From Bacteroidales bacterium (GTDB lineage Bacteria; Bacteroidota; Bacteroidia; Bacteroidales; GWF2-38-335), in the NCBI GenBank assembly GCA_016936815.1, contig JAFGXD010000098.1, forward strand, positions 12,987 through 76,986: a stretch of 64,000 nucleotides of DNA, given 5' to 3'. A program made the position numbers and the translations under genes. Shown in pieces: positions 18,101 to 28,503 of this stretch; within the stretch, counting starts at the first letter, position 1, and the number at the start of each line of letters is the position of its first letter. The notes beneath the pieces are model-generated. The model did not search any database. It saw only the letters and a program-made list of their open reading frames with translations, and was not told the DNA's origin.

Positions 18101-18871
18101 ATGAAGAAAAAACCTTTAATTCTTGTTTCAAACGACGATGGAGTTAATGCATTGGGCTTAAAAGCTTTAATAGAAGTTGTAACTGAATTTGGAGAAGTAA
18201 TTGTTGTTGCTCCCGAAAAAGGTGAATCGGGTATGTCGCATGCCATTTCTATAGTTAATCCCATAAGAAAAAAGTTTGTTAGTAAGGAAGATAATCTTAC
18301 AATTTACAGTGTTAACGGAACTCCGGTAGATTGCGTAAAACTTGCTTTAAATCAAATAGTTGACCGAAAGCCGGATTTTCTGGTTTCAGGAATAAACCAC
18401 GGTTCAAATGCATCAATTTCTGTAATTTATTCAGGAACAATGGGAGCCGCTATTGAAGGTTGTTTCAACGGTATTCCATCGGCAGGTTTTTCACTTCTAA
18501 ACCACGATGCAAATGCCGATTTTACTGCTTCAAAGGTTTTTACGAGAATTATTTTTAAGGAAATGATGCAAAATGGCCTTCCTCAGGGTACTTGCCTTAA
18601 TGTAAATGTGCCGGATTTGCCTCTTGAAAAAATTACCGGAATTGAAGCGTGCAGAATGGCAAAAGGCGTATGGAAAGAAGAATACGACAAAAGAACCGAT
18701 CCGCATGGCAGAGAATATTATTGGTTAACAGGTCATTTTAACAATTTCGAGCCCAACGCAAAAGATACCGATGAGGCTGTTCTGGCGGCTAATAAAGTTG
18801 CTATTGTACCTGTTTCTGTTGATATTACAGATTATGAAATGTTGAAGAGTATAAAAAATTGGAATTTATAG
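18101..18871 (+). CDS. surE: 5'/3'-nucleotidase SurE
   Basis: ILVSNDDGVNALGL, SGINHGSN and YSGTMGAAIEG motifs. Confidence 0.9.
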   Translation: MKKKPLILVSNDDGVNALGLKALIEVVTEFGEVIVVAPEKGESGMSHAISIVNPIRKKFVSKEDNLTIYSVNGTPVDCVKLALNQIVDRKPDFLVSGINHGSNASISVIYSGTMGAAIEGCFNGIPSAGFSLLNHDANADFTASKVFTRIIFKEMMQNGLPQGTCLNVNVPDLPLEKITGIEACRMAKGVWKEEYDKRTDPHGREYYWLTGHFNNFEPNAKDTDEAVLAANKVAIVPVSVDITDYEMLKSIKNWNL

Positions 18872-18880
18872 AAAATAGTT

Positions 18881-19171
18881 ATGAGAAATAAATTAAACAA
18901 ACTTTCAATCGGACTGGTTCTGGGACTTATTTTGCCCATTATTATTTTGTTTATTGTATATAATGCAAGTTATAACGCTATGACTTTTTCTGAATTTGTT
19001 AAGTACACCGAGGAATTCGATTTATTTACAAAAATTGTTTCAATTTGCGTTTTGCCAAATCTGGGTCTGTTTTTTCTTTTCATTAAACGTAACATGCTTA
19101 TGGGAGCCAGGGGAGTACTTTTTTCTGTAATTGTTTATCTTATTTTTATTGCCATTTACAAAGTAGTTTAG
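18881..19171 (+). CDS. Small integral membrane protein, unknown function
   Basis: 96 aa with three hydrophobic segments, packed between surE and lpxB (9-nt and 1-nt gaps). Confidence 0.45.
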   Translation: MRNKLNKLSIGLVLGLILPIIILFIVYNASYNAMTFSEFVKYTEEFDLFTKIVSICVLPNLGLFFLFIKRNMLMGARGVLFSVIVYLIFIAIYKVV

Positions 19172-19172
19172 T

Positions 19173-20300
19173 TTGAAATATTACATTATTGCAGGCGAAG
19201 CATCGGGCGACCTTCATGGCGCAAATCTTATTAAGGGATTGAAAAAAAATGATCCTGAAGGTGTATTTCGTTGTTGGGGCGGTGACAAAATGCAGGAACA
19301 AGGGGCGGAAATTATTAAACATTACAAAGATTTAGCTTTCATGGGCTTTATACCTGTTTTGCTTAATATTAGAACCATTTTTAAAAATATTTCCTTCTGC
19401 AAAAAAGACATACTTGATTTTAATCCCGATGTTCTAATTTTGGTCGATTATCCCGGATTTAACCTTAGAATAGCTGAATTTGCTACAAAAAACAAGATTA
19501 AAGTTTTTTACTATATTTCTCCCACAGTTTGGGCTTGGCATAAATCCAGGATTAAAAAAATTGAAAAATATGTTTCCAAACTTTTCGTAATCCTTCCTTT
19601 CGAAAAAGAGTTTTATAAAAATCATGGCCTTGAGGTTGATTTTGAAGGACATCCGCTTCTGGATGCTTTGGAATTCCGACTAAAAAACAAACAATCTCGT
19701 GAAGATTTTCTTAAAGAAAATAATCTCGAAAACAAACCAATTATTGCTCTTTTGGCAGGAAGCAGGGTTCAGGAAGTTAAGAAAATGTTGCCTGTTATGC
19801 TTTCAATTATTGATAATTATCCTGATTATAATTTTGTAATTGCAGGAGTAAAATCTTTAGATACAGCCCTTTATACTAATATTATTGGCAGCAACAAGGT
19901 TTCTATTTTGTTCGACAAAACTTATGAATTGGTGCAACAATCCGAGGCTGCCCTTGTTACTTCAGGAACTGCTACTCTCGAAACAGCTTTGCTTAATACC
20001 CCTCAGGTTGTTTGTTACAAAACAGGCAAACTAACCTTTTTTATTGCAAAAAACCTTGTTGATATTAAATACATTTCCCTTGTAAATCTTATAATGGATA
20101 AGGAGGTTGTTAAAGAATTAATTCAAAACAACTTAAATAAAACAATTCTCAAATTTGAGCTAGATAGACTGTTGTTCGATTCGGAAACCAAAAATAGAAT
20201 TTTGGAAGAATATAAGCAATTACATGAAAAACTAGGTGGTGCGGGAGCTTCTAATAGAATTGCAGATAAAATGTTTAATTACTTAGAAGAAAAAAATTGA
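19173..20300 (+). CDS. lpxB: Lipid-A-disaccharide synthase
   Basis: TTG start. YYIIAGEASGDLHGANLI N-terminus and TSGTATLETALLNTPQVVCYK. Confidence 0.85.
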   Translation: MKYYIIAGEASGDLHGANLIKGLKKNDPEGVFRCWGGDKMQEQGAEIIKHYKDLAFMGFIPVLLNIRTIFKNISFCKKDILDFNPDVLILVDYPGFNLRIAEFATKNKIKVFYYISPTVWAWHKSRIKKIEKYVSKLFVILPFEKEFYKNHGLEVDFEGHPLLDALEFRLKNKQSREDFLKENNLENKPIIALLAGSRVQEVKKMLPVMLSIIDNYPDYNFVIAGVKSLDTALYTNIIGSNKVSILFDKTYELVQQSEAALVTSGTATLETALLNTPQVVCYKTGKLTFFIAKNLVDIKYISLVNLIMDKEVVKELIQNNLNKTILKFELDRLLFDSETKNRILEEYKQLHEKLGGAGASNRIADKMFNYLEEKN

Positions 20301-21490
20301 AATCACTTTTTATAATAATATCAGTTTTTTTTCTAACGAGTTTTTACTCTTTTTCTCAGCGAATTAACATTGGTATTTATTCAACTACTAATGTTAAGAC
20401 TTTTGTTTTTACTCCAACAAATGGAAATTATACTTTTATTGGCGACACCAATTTTGTTAGAGAAATAACGGAAAACGACGTTCTTTATGTAGCTGTTTTA
20501 GGCGAGAAAGTTACAATTAAAACTCTTGATGAGAATTATGGCAATTTTCGAGAAATCCTCCTAATTGGCCAAAGTCAGGATTGCTCTTTTAAAATAAAAC
20601 CTGTTTTTCCCGATATAACTACCAGGGAATATGATAACGATTTGCGGGTATTTGTAAAATATTCGTTTCTAATGTTGGTAAATCATGTTGAGCTGGAAAG
20701 TTATATTTCAGGTGTTGTAGAATCGGAAGGAGGTGGAAATGCGCATTTAGAGTATTATAAATCTCAGGCCATAATTTGCAGAACTTACGCTCTGGCCAAT
20801 ATTAACCGTCATGCCGGAGAAGGCTTTAACCTTTGCGATGGTGTTCATTGTCAGGCTTATTTTAACAAATCGGTTAAAAACGAAAAAATCCCAACAGCAA
20901 CTCAGCTTACCAGAGGACTAATTATTGTTGACACTACTCTAAGTCTTATTACTGCTGCTTTTCATTCGAATTGCGGAGGTCAAACTGCCAATTCGGAGGA
21001 TGTTTGGTTGTCGAAATTATCGTATTGCCGCTCAATTAACGATTATTATTGCAGAAGCTCACGAAATGCGGAATGGAAAACCACAATTACTGTAAGTGAA
21101 TGGATAAACTATTTGAAAAAAAACGGCATTACAGTTCCCGAAAATACTGTTGCTCAAGATTTTGCTTTTGCACAAACAAGTAGAAAAGTCTATTACAGCT
21201 TTAATAATCAGAATATTCAGTTAAAAAAAATACGTGCTGATTGGAAACTTAAATCCACTTTTTTTTCAATTGTTCCCGAGGGCAATAATTTGGTATTAAA
21301 CGGAAAAGGTTTTGGTCACGGAGTAGGTTTATGTCAAGAAGGAGCCATGAAAATGGCAAATACCGGCTTTACCTACGATCAGATAATAAAATTCTACTAT
21401 AAAAACACTTACACTATAAGCCTTAGGGCTTTGGAATTCTTTAAGGAACCTGTAAAAATTCATCCTGAAGAAACTGAATCTATGCCCTAA
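20297..21490 (+). CDS. SpoIID/LytB domain protein
   Basis: 4-nt overlap with lpxB. YISGVVESEGG, AIICRTYALAN, NLCDGVHCQAY, FHSNCGGQTANSEDVW and GHGVGLCQEGA motifs. Confidence 0.8.
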   Translation: MKSLFIIISVFFLTSFYSFSQRINIGIYSTTNVKTFVFTPTNGNYTFIGDTNFVREITENDVLYVAVLGEKVTIKTLDENYGNFREILLIGQSQDCSFKIKPVFPDITTREYDNDLRVFVKYSFLMLVNHVELESYISGVVESEGGGNAHLEYYKSQAIICRTYALANINRHAGEGFNLCDGVHCQAYFNKSVKNEKIPTATQLTRGLIIVDTTLSLITAAFHSNCGGQTANSEDVWLSKLSYCRSINDYYCRSSRNAEWKTTITVSEWINYLKKNGITVPENTVAQDFAFAQTSRKVYYSFNNQNIQLKKIRADWKLKSTFFSIVPEGNNLVLNGKGFGHGVGLCQEGAMKMANTGFTYDQIIKFYYKNTYTISLRALEFFKEPVKIHPEETESMP

Positions 21491-21606
21491 ATTACATTTT
21501 TAATATAAGTGCTTTTAAGCAAAATACAATGTTTGGTATGTTCTTTAGCCTTCGTTAGGTTTCTTTTGCAAAAATCTCTATTGCGATTTAATTCGTTTTC
21601 CAAGAA

Positions 21607-23007
21607 CTATAAAACAATAACATTCTTACGCACAGATTCATTGTTCTTGTTTGAAATATATAAAATGTAGGAACCGTTGGATAGGTTGCATTTTGAAATC
21701 TGGTGATATGTTTTTGTTTCTGAGGGAAATATGAGGTTTTCATAAACCAATTTTCCTTGTATATCATAGAGCATAATTTTACCCTCTTTTTGCTGAAATG
21801 ACTCCAAAACAAATGTCAACACATTTTCATCTTGATAGTAATAAACCAAGGACTCAATATTTTCTGTGCAATTCGAATATTTAATTTCTGTTGTGCTTTC
21901 AACTCCATTAATATCTACCTGTTTTAGTCGGTAATAAGCCTTTTCTAAAGAATTATCATAGACTATATATTTTCTCAATTCAGTGCTATTTCCTGCTCCA
22001 GCTACTATTTCAAAATCAATGAAATTTATACCGTCTACACTTTTTTCTAGAACAAAGTAATCATTATTTGTTTCGCTGCTTGTTTCCCATTTAATAGCTT
22101 TCAGGTTGTCTTCACAATTAATATTAAAGGAAATTAATTCAATAGGCAAAGGAATCAGGTCGCTTCCTAGTGTAAGTTTAATATAATTTAATGCGCTTAC
22201 CTCACTTATTCCATTTGCAATTGGAGATGTATTGCCGGTAATTTTCGGCTCCCAAAACACCGGACCGGCCCAACCTCCATAATAATACTGAGCTTCCTGA
22301 AACATAATTAGACTTCCGTCTGAATGACCATTTAATTCAAATGCCGGATAGTAATTAAAGTTAATATTTATTGAAGTAATATTGGTTGGTTGTATTTCAT
22401 AATATCTGAAAATACTCCAATTTGAAGCATAGCTGCCTGTTCCCGCTTGTTGTTCATGTCCTCTTATTATTACAGTGCTTCCCAAGGCAGATGATGGTGT
22501 AATATTTAACCCAAGGCCTGCAACATTTCCTGTTGGGTTGGTTCGGGATGCCCGAATTGTTCCGGTGCCCATTCCATCTAAACCTACTGCATTTGTAGCT
22601 TTTACTCTCTGCGATGATGCTTCGTTTACCAGATTTCCTGTGGTTCCTAAATCTATCGTCTGATTCTTTAAATCAACATCGCCATCGTAAAGTCTTATTT
22701 CATTTGTTATTCCTATGTTTGAGTACAAGGCCAGCCCGGCGCCGGTATTATCTATAAGCAAGTTATAAAAGTTAACCTGATTGCTTCCTGATATTTCCTG
22801 CAAAGCATTGCCCATAAACTTTACATTGCTATTGGTATTGCAAGTAATAGTGCCATTATTTTCAATATTTCCCGATCCAATAATTAGCAGATTAGCATTT
22901 CCCTGGACAACAATTTTAGCTCCATTATTTATCAATCCTTGTGTAAAAGCCAATATTGACGTAGAAACAAGAATTATAATAAAAAGGAATTTGTAATTAT
23001 TTTTCAT
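21607..23007 (-). CDS. T9SS-secreted surface protein (type-A C-terminal sorting domain)
   Basis: Signal peptide and beta-helix-like N-terminal half. A LPIELISF...YYRLKQVDINGV module, and a C-terminus IMLYDIQGKLVYE...GSYILYISNKNNESVRKNVIVL typical of a T9SS CTD. Confidence 0.7.
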   Translation of the reverse strand: MKNNYKFLFIIILVSTSILAFTQGLINNGAKIVVQGNANLLIIGSGNIENNGTITCNTNSNVKFMGNALQEISGSNQVNFYNLLIDNTGAGLALYSNIGITNEIRLYDGDVDLKNQTIDLGTTGNLVNEASSQRVKATNAVGLDGMGTGTIRASRTNPTGNVAGLGLNITPSSALGSTVIIRGHEQQAGTGSYASNWSIFRYYEIQPTNITSININFNYYPAFELNGHSDGSLIMFQEAQYYYGGWAGPVFWEPKITGNTSPIANGISEVSALNYIKLTLGSDLIPLPIELISFNINCEDNLKAIKWETSSETNNDYFVLEKSVDGINFIDFEIVAGAGNSTELRKYIVYDNSLEKAYYRLKQVDINGVESTTEIKYSNCTENIESLVYYYQDENVLTFVLESFQQKEGKIMLYDIQGKLVYENLIFPSETKTYHQISKCNLSNGSYILYISNKNNESVRKNVIVL

Positions 23008-25360
23008 TCTTTTTCTTCTTATTCGATTCTTTCTCTTGCTTTCTTAAGACTCTGTCTCTTGTTTTGGTTCTTTCTTTTTCTAATAATTGAACAGCAGCGG
23101 CATTTTCAGTTTCAATTGCGCCGGAGTCTTTTGAGTCTGAAATTGTTGTAACGCTACTATGTTTTCCCACATACAATTCTCCATTTTCGTAATATAAGCC
23201 ATTGGCATCATCAGCAATATTATTATCGTTTTTAAGACCCTGTTTCATTTTAAGGTTATAGTCGCTGCTTACAATTTCGTTAGGTAATTCGGGTGACTCA
23301 AATCCTGCTCTTTTTCCAATAGCTATAAACATAAAACTTGAATTTGAGCTTCCTTCATTGTTTTCCCTAACGGTGAAGCCATTTTTATCGGAACTTTCAA
23401 TAAACAATGAATTTGAGCAACTTTGGGTTAAAGTAACGGAAATAACAATTGGCTCAGAATCGCTTACTGTGCTTTTAAAAACATCGTTAAAACTTATATA
23501 GCACAATCCGTTTATTAACTGGCCGGTTCCACAAGTTTGTATTGTAACATCTGTTGAAACACTTGTATAAAGAACATTCATATTTCCATCTCCTGTCGAT
23601 CTGAATTCCTCGTTTGAAGCTTGCAAATGCACATCTAGTCCGTCGCGAATAACATCGCCATGTGAATAGATAGCATAATTATTTCCTTCAACATAAAGTC
23701 CATAAACATCGCCATGAATATCGGCGCCTAATAATCCTCCATGTGCTGCAATTCCTGCACTTGTGTAAAGAGTTGATTTTCCTAATCCTGTGCCGGTAGA
23801 TGTAAAATAGCCTCCATAAGTAGTTCCACCGGAGCTTTTATAGCCCAGCGATCCCCAGTAAGTTCCTCCGGATACGGCTCCAATTACCCCGCCTGTTCGG
23901 TTGTAATCGTTATAATTATGTCCCGAAACGCCAAAATTGTAGACATCTCCCCAATAAACATATCCTTGAATTGCCTCATTAGTTCCTGAGTAAGCATATG
24001 AGATACCATCGTTCTGGGCAGACCTTGTTTTATATGCATAAATAGTATTGTCGTTATCTGTAGTTGTACCTGAATTCTTATAAAAGTAATTTGTATTTGA
24101 AGGGTCGGTATTGCTTCCACCTATATATGAATATGAATTACCGTCGAAATAATTATACAAACACCTTGTAGTTCCTGTGTAATATCCGCCGGTTGGTGAT
24201 CCGGTTGAATATATTCCGTAAGAATTTCCGGTAGTATAGAGACCGTATGTAGCTCCAAAAAATCTTCCACCATCGGTTGAAGTTCCAATAAGCCCATAAC
24301 TCTGAGATGAGGTAAAGCAAGTAGTTAGATTTCCAACGGTATTAGAATAATAGCCGACTACACCTGCCGAAAATGCTCCGGTCTGAGATGTTCTTCCCAA
24401 AACACCGGAACAAAACTCTCCTGCTCCGGGCGGCGCTGAATTCCATCCATACACACCTTGTTGGCCATATTCTCCACTCCAACCGCTATCATCGTATAAA
24501 ACCTCACCTAAAACACCTGCAACAGGCCAAGAACTGTTTGTTCCCCCGTTATCATCAAGAGCAATTCCTCTAATTCCGGCATCAAGAACGCCAATACCGG
24601 TTTGACCTACATAATAATTTCCGTAGGCATAAAACCCCGACCAAGTTAATAAATCTGTATTGTCAATATCTCCATCTCCTCCGTCATCAAAAGGGAAATC
24701 ATCAGAAGTCCAACCGGGTAAGTCGCTAGCAGAACTTCTGGTTGAAACTGCACCCATATCGCTTCCACTAAAAAAGGCTCCAACATCGTTACTGCCCTCA
24801 TAAAAATACCCAAAATCCTGTCCATCGTCGAAAACTCTGGCATTTGGATTAAGAGCAGGTCTAATGTAGAACTCACCTGTAGGTCTAATCCACCATTCAA
24901 CATTTCCGGGAATTGGAGGAGGACTGGGAAAAGGGGACCACGAACCTCCACTATTCTTGTATTCAAGGACTCCAAGGTTCGACCTTAAACCATATCCTCC
25001 ATCTCCAAGGGTACTACTAAAGTTTATATAGGTACTATTATTCAGCGCAAAACCATATGAGCTTATAATTGCTCGTTGTAAATTATTTGTGTACAAACCA
25101 ATATTTGCATTCTCTCTGTTAATAAGGCTTACTTCAAAACCGGCTCCCATATTAATGTAAAATCCATCTGTACCTGTTGTTCCAGAGCTGGTATTTGTCA
25201 TCTGAAACATTATACCGCTGGCAGCATTTCTATGAAGATGTAACAAATAATTGGGTGTTGTAAAAGAAGGATTATCTGAAATTCCAACATTTTGAGCGTA
25301 TAATTTCCCGAATCCAATAATAAATGAACTTGTTAAAATAAGCAGAATAAAGTTTTTCAT
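22997..25360 (-). CDS. Large secreted G/Y/S/T-rich protein with tail-fibre-like N-terminal region and Lys-rich C-terminal tail
   Basis: 787 aa with a signal peptide. The N-terminus GISDNPSFTTP...MFQMTNTSSGTTGTDGFYINMG...LINRENANIGLYTNN resembles tail-fibre-like repeats of Bacteroidota surface proteins. Many YG(L/I)Y.TG motifs. Ends KERTKTRDRVLRKQEKESNKKKKNEK with no T9SS CTD. 11-nt overlap with the downstream gene. Confidence 0.6.
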   Translation of the reverse strand: MKNFILLILTSSFIIGFGKLYAQNVGISDNPSFTTPNYLLHLHRNAASGIMFQMTNTSSGTTGTDGFYINMGAGFEVSLINRENANIGLYTNNLQRAIISSYGFALNNSTYINFSSTLGDGGYGLRSNLGVLEYKNSGGSWSPFPSPPPIPGNVEWWIRPTGEFYIRPALNPNARVFDDGQDFGYFYEGSNDVGAFFSGSDMGAVSTRSSASDLPGWTSDDFPFDDGGDGDIDNTDLLTWSGFYAYGNYYVGQTGIGVLDAGIRGIALDDNGGTNSSWPVAGVLGEVLYDDSGWSGEYGQQGVYGWNSAPPGAGEFCSGVLGRTSQTGAFSAGVVGYYSNTVGNLTTCFTSSQSYGLIGTSTDGGRFFGATYGLYTTGNSYGIYSTGSPTGGYYTGTTRCLYNYFDGNSYSYIGGSNTDPSNTNYFYKNSGTTTDNDNTIYAYKTRSAQNDGISYAYSGTNEAIQGYVYWGDVYNFGVSGHNYNDYNRTGGVIGAVSGGTYWGSLGYKSSGGTTYGGYFTSTGTGLGKSTLYTSAGIAAHGGLLGADIHGDVYGLYVEGNNYAIYSHGDVIRDGLDVHLQASNEEFRSTGDGNMNVLYTSVSTDVTIQTCGTGQLINGLCYISFNDVFKSTVSDSEPIVISVTLTQSCSNSLFIESSDKNGFTVRENNEGSSNSSFMFIAIGKRAGFESPELPNEIVSSDYNLKMKQGLKNDNNIADDANGLYYENGELYVGKHSSVTTISDSKDSGAIETENAAAVQLLEKERTKTRDRVLRKQEKESNKKKKNEK

Positions 25361-25625
25361 GAGATTTAAGGTTTGTTTTTCAGCTTAAACTTATTATTGT
25401 TATAAATGAAAACAAAACTTCTGTTGTATAAATCATCTCTATATGAATTAATGTTAAAGATGAAATATTAGCAAAAAATCTCTACATGAAAAATTTAAAT
25501 CTTTATTATTAAATGTATTATGCATATATTTTTATCTACATAAATGAACTGTGCAGTATAGACATTTTAGCATAGATTGTAAGTAAGAGTTTGTTTTTTT
25601 ATTAAAACGATTGCAATAAATAGCA

Positions 25626-25645
25626 GGTTTAGTAATTTCTAAACC
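25626..25645 (-). terminator. Possible weak terminator hairpin after the TPR-LuxR gene
   Basis: 7-bp stem GGTTTAG/CTAAACC with a 6-nt loop, 5 nt beyond the stop. No clear T-run. Confidence 0.25.
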
Positions 25646-25649
25646 CTAA

Positions 25650-27314
25650 TTAGCCTGAAAGTTGATTTAAAAATTCTGAGAAATTCTGTTCAGCCGGAAC
25701 ATTCATTTTCTTTCTCAATCTGTACCTGTTCATATCAACAGATTTGGCAGTAATATTGAATAGAATAGATATTTCTTTTGAACTTAATTCGAGCATTAAC
25801 AGAATGGCCAAACGTTTTTCATTATTAGAGAGATTTGGAAAATGTTTGTCGAGTTTAAAAATCGTTTCCTGATGAATTTGTTCAATATAGGTTTCAAATT
25901 CCTTTTTTTGCGAATCGTTTGAGAGATTCGACTCAATCATGGATTTAATCTTCAAAAAGCATTTGTTATCTTCCTGATTATTCAATTTCTCCATTTCGTT
26001 AATGATTGTTTCCAGAAAACTGTTTTTTTCTACAATATGCAGTGCAAGATTTTTTAACTCAACATTTTTGTGTTCTAATTTTTCTTTCAGGTGTTTTTCT
26101 GCAAGTTGAGTGTTTTCTAATTCAGCTTTAACCAGAGCATTTTCTTTTAATGATATTTCTTTGTGTTGTCTTGCCCTGAAACGAATCCAAAAATAGAAAA
26201 GGATTGCAATTATTACAATTAGAACAAGCAATACTATCAAGAAACTGTTCCTCTGCTCTATTTTTTTCAATTTTGTTTCACGAGCCTCAAATTTGGCTTT
26301 CTGAAGTTTAGATTCCTGACTTTTTCTTTGTAGCTCGTAACTTGCCTTTAGTTTTTCGATTAGTCGATTAGATTCGTCTCTAAAAAGACTGTCGTTTAAG
26401 GCTGTGTGTTTTCTGTAGAATTCGAGTGCTTTTTCATAGTTCTTTTGAACAGAATAAAACGAATGAAAATAATAGTAGCACAAGCTTACAGTACTTAAAT
26501 CGTTAATGCTTCTTGCTCCGGCCAGCGCTTCATTAAGATATTTTTCACCCTCAGAATAGTTTTTAATTAAATAATGCATACGACCAATATTTATTTTTAT
26601 TCTGTTCATACCTTTTAGGTCGTTAGTCTCTTTACTCATAGACAAAGCCAGATAAAAATACTTAAGAGCCTCCTCATTTTCCGAATTATGGCTATAAGCA
26701 TATCCAATATTATTATAAACCGGCGTTAAATCTTGCTTTTCATCAAGGCTATTGTTATACTCAATAATTCTTTTGAAATGATCGATTGCTTTTTCCATCT
26801 CACCCTTTCTCAGAAAAACAACTCCAATTTTGTTGTCGGCAGAAACAATCTTCTCGGGAATATTTAGTTTTTTAAATAATTCAAGAGCTTTATAATAATA
26901 ATTCAGGCTTTCAGTATTGTTTTCAATCTCATAATATATTTGTCCCAAGGTTAGAAAAATATCGCCCAATAGTTCTTTGTTATTAATCTCCTGAGCAAGA
27001 TTCTGACTTTCCATTAAAGACGACAAGGCATTGGCATAATCGTAAACAGCAAGATAGAAAAGACCTGTCTTTCTTAACGATTTTGCTTCGTAGTATTTGT
27101 TATTTGAAATTTGAGCTTTTTCCCTTAACAGGCATGACAAATAATAAAAAGTAGTATCAGAATAAAAATCGTATTTGTCTGTAATATTGTCAATTTCTTC
27201 TATTGAAAAAGCTTTGTATTGCCCCACAACTCTAATGCTGTCGTCGTTTCCTTTTGAATTAGAAACAACAAGAAACAATATAATCATTAGTATTAGTTTG
27301 TAACAGTTTTTCAT
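25650..27314 (-). CDS. Membrane-anchored TPR-repeat sensor with C-terminal LuxR/GerE-type HTH
   Basis: Signal/anchor, about 300 aa of TPR-like repeats (Y..A...Y.KAL), a TM segment FLIVLLVLIVIIAILFYFWIRF, a coiled coil, then LSNNEKRLAILLMLELSSKEISILFNITAKSVDMNRYRLRKKM. Confidence 0.7.
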   Translation of the reverse strand: MKNCYKLILMIILFLVVSNSKGNDDSIRVVGQYKAFSIEEIDNITDKYDFYSDTTFYYLSCLLREKAQISNNKYYEAKSLRKTGLFYLAVYDYANALSSLMESQNLAQEINNKELLGDIFLTLGQIYYEIENNTESLNYYYKALELFKKLNIPEKIVSADNKIGVVFLRKGEMEKAIDHFKRIIEYNNSLDEKQDLTPVYNNIGYAYSHNSENEEALKYFYLALSMSKETNDLKGMNRIKINIGRMHYLIKNYSEGEKYLNEALAGARSINDLSTVSLCYYYFHSFYSVQKNYEKALEFYRKHTALNDSLFRDESNRLIEKLKASYELQRKSQESKLQKAKFEARETKLKKIEQRNSFLIVLLVLIVIIAILFYFWIRFRARQHKEISLKENALVKAELENTQLAEKHLKEKLEHKNVELKNLALHIVEKNSFLETIINEMEKLNNQEDNKCFLKIKSMIESNLSNDSQKKEFETYIEQIHQETIFKLDKHFPNLSNNEKRLAILLMLELSSKEISILFNITAKSVDMNRYRLRKKMNVPAEQNFSEFLNQLSG

Positions 27315-27406
27315 TAAAGTGGTTGCTTGTTCTCTAAAAGTTTATTATCATTATCACAAAGTTAATACTTTTTTTGAAAGCTATATTTTTTCTAAAATCA
27401 TTGGTT

Positions 27407-28429
27407 TTACATATTTTCGTTAATTACCTTGTAGAGCTTAATTTTGCCATCAAATTTCTTAAAAAAATAGATAGTTCTGTAGCTAACTTCTCCCGATTTT
27501 CCTATTTCATAAACATATCCTGTTTCCGGGTTTTTAAACTCAGAGTTTATTACCCAATAATATTGCCCTTTCTCTCCACTACCATGCTTTACAGGATTTC
27601 CAAGGGAAACTTCCTGCATAGATGGTGTTAATTCAGGAATAAGCTTTGGTGATTGTGTAGGTTTCAAAAACTCGTCTGATATTTCTATAATATTTTTAGA
27701 ATATTCCTCTAAAACATCTCCAAAATCGAGTATTTGAACATCAATTGAGCTATTAACGAAATCCTGAATTTTTGATGTATCCTTATTTTTTACAAATTCC
27801 TTAAATTTTTCCCAAAACACCATAAACTCCTCTTTGCTGATTTTAGTAGGATTTTCTATTGATGAAGCTTTGACTCTAAGATTTTGTAAATCCGGATCAT
27901 CAACCGCTAATCCTTCACAGTAATTTGCTATTTCATATAAAGGTATTGCATTTTTCTGTGCTACTGCCAAAGAATCTATTTGTTTATAGCATTTTATTCT
28001 TTGTTCTCTACCAAATAAATTAAACCTTAACTCCTGAGCCATAATATATATAGCCAGCATTGGATCTCCATCATTTATGGCAATATTCCATGCTTCAAAT
28101 AGCATTTTATAAGGACTCAAATTCCCATAAGTAAAAACACTTTCAAATTCCAGTATAGATAATTTATAAATCAGATATCCGTCTTTATTAGTCTGAGCTT
28201 CTTTATACAATGCTTTAATATCCTTTGAATTGTTAATATGATATGGGTAATTGTTTCTAATTTTTGAAGGAAGAAATGTCTTATTATACCCCAAAGTATC
28301 TACTTTAACAATATTAAGCTTGCTGTTGGCAAACAAAGATTCGTTTTGAGCAAAAACGTTTGAATTTAATGCTAAGAAAACATTTATAATCAAACAAAAA
28401 TTCAGTAAAGTTTTAATTCTCTTTTTCAT
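27407..28429 (-). CDS. Hypothetical secreted protein, probably co-transcribed with the TPR-LuxR regulator
   Basis: 340-aa ORF with a signal peptide (FLALNSNVFAQ), 92 nt upstream of the regulator gene on the same strand. No recognisable motif. Confidence 0.5.
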   Translation of the reverse strand: MKKRIKTLLNFCLIINVFLALNSNVFAQNESLFANSKLNIVKVDTLGYNKTFLPSKIRNNYPYHINNSKDIKALYKEAQTNKDGYLIYKLSILEFESVFTYGNLSPYKMLFEAWNIAINDGDPMLAIYIMAQELRFNLFGREQRIKCYKQIDSLAVAQKNAIPLYEIANYCEGLAVDDPDLQNLRVKASSIENPTKISKEEFMVFWEKFKEFVKNKDTSKIQDFVNSSIDVQILDFGDVLEEYSKNIIEISDEFLKPTQSPKLIPELTPSMQEVSLGNPVKHGSGEKGQYYWVINSEFKNPETGYVYEIGKSGEVSYRTIYFFKKFDGKIKLYKVINENM

Positions 28430-28503
28430 AATTCTCTTGTTAATAATAGTTATTCAATATAATTTAAAATAGTTAATAATCGTATTATGTAATGCTCTAG
28501 CTA

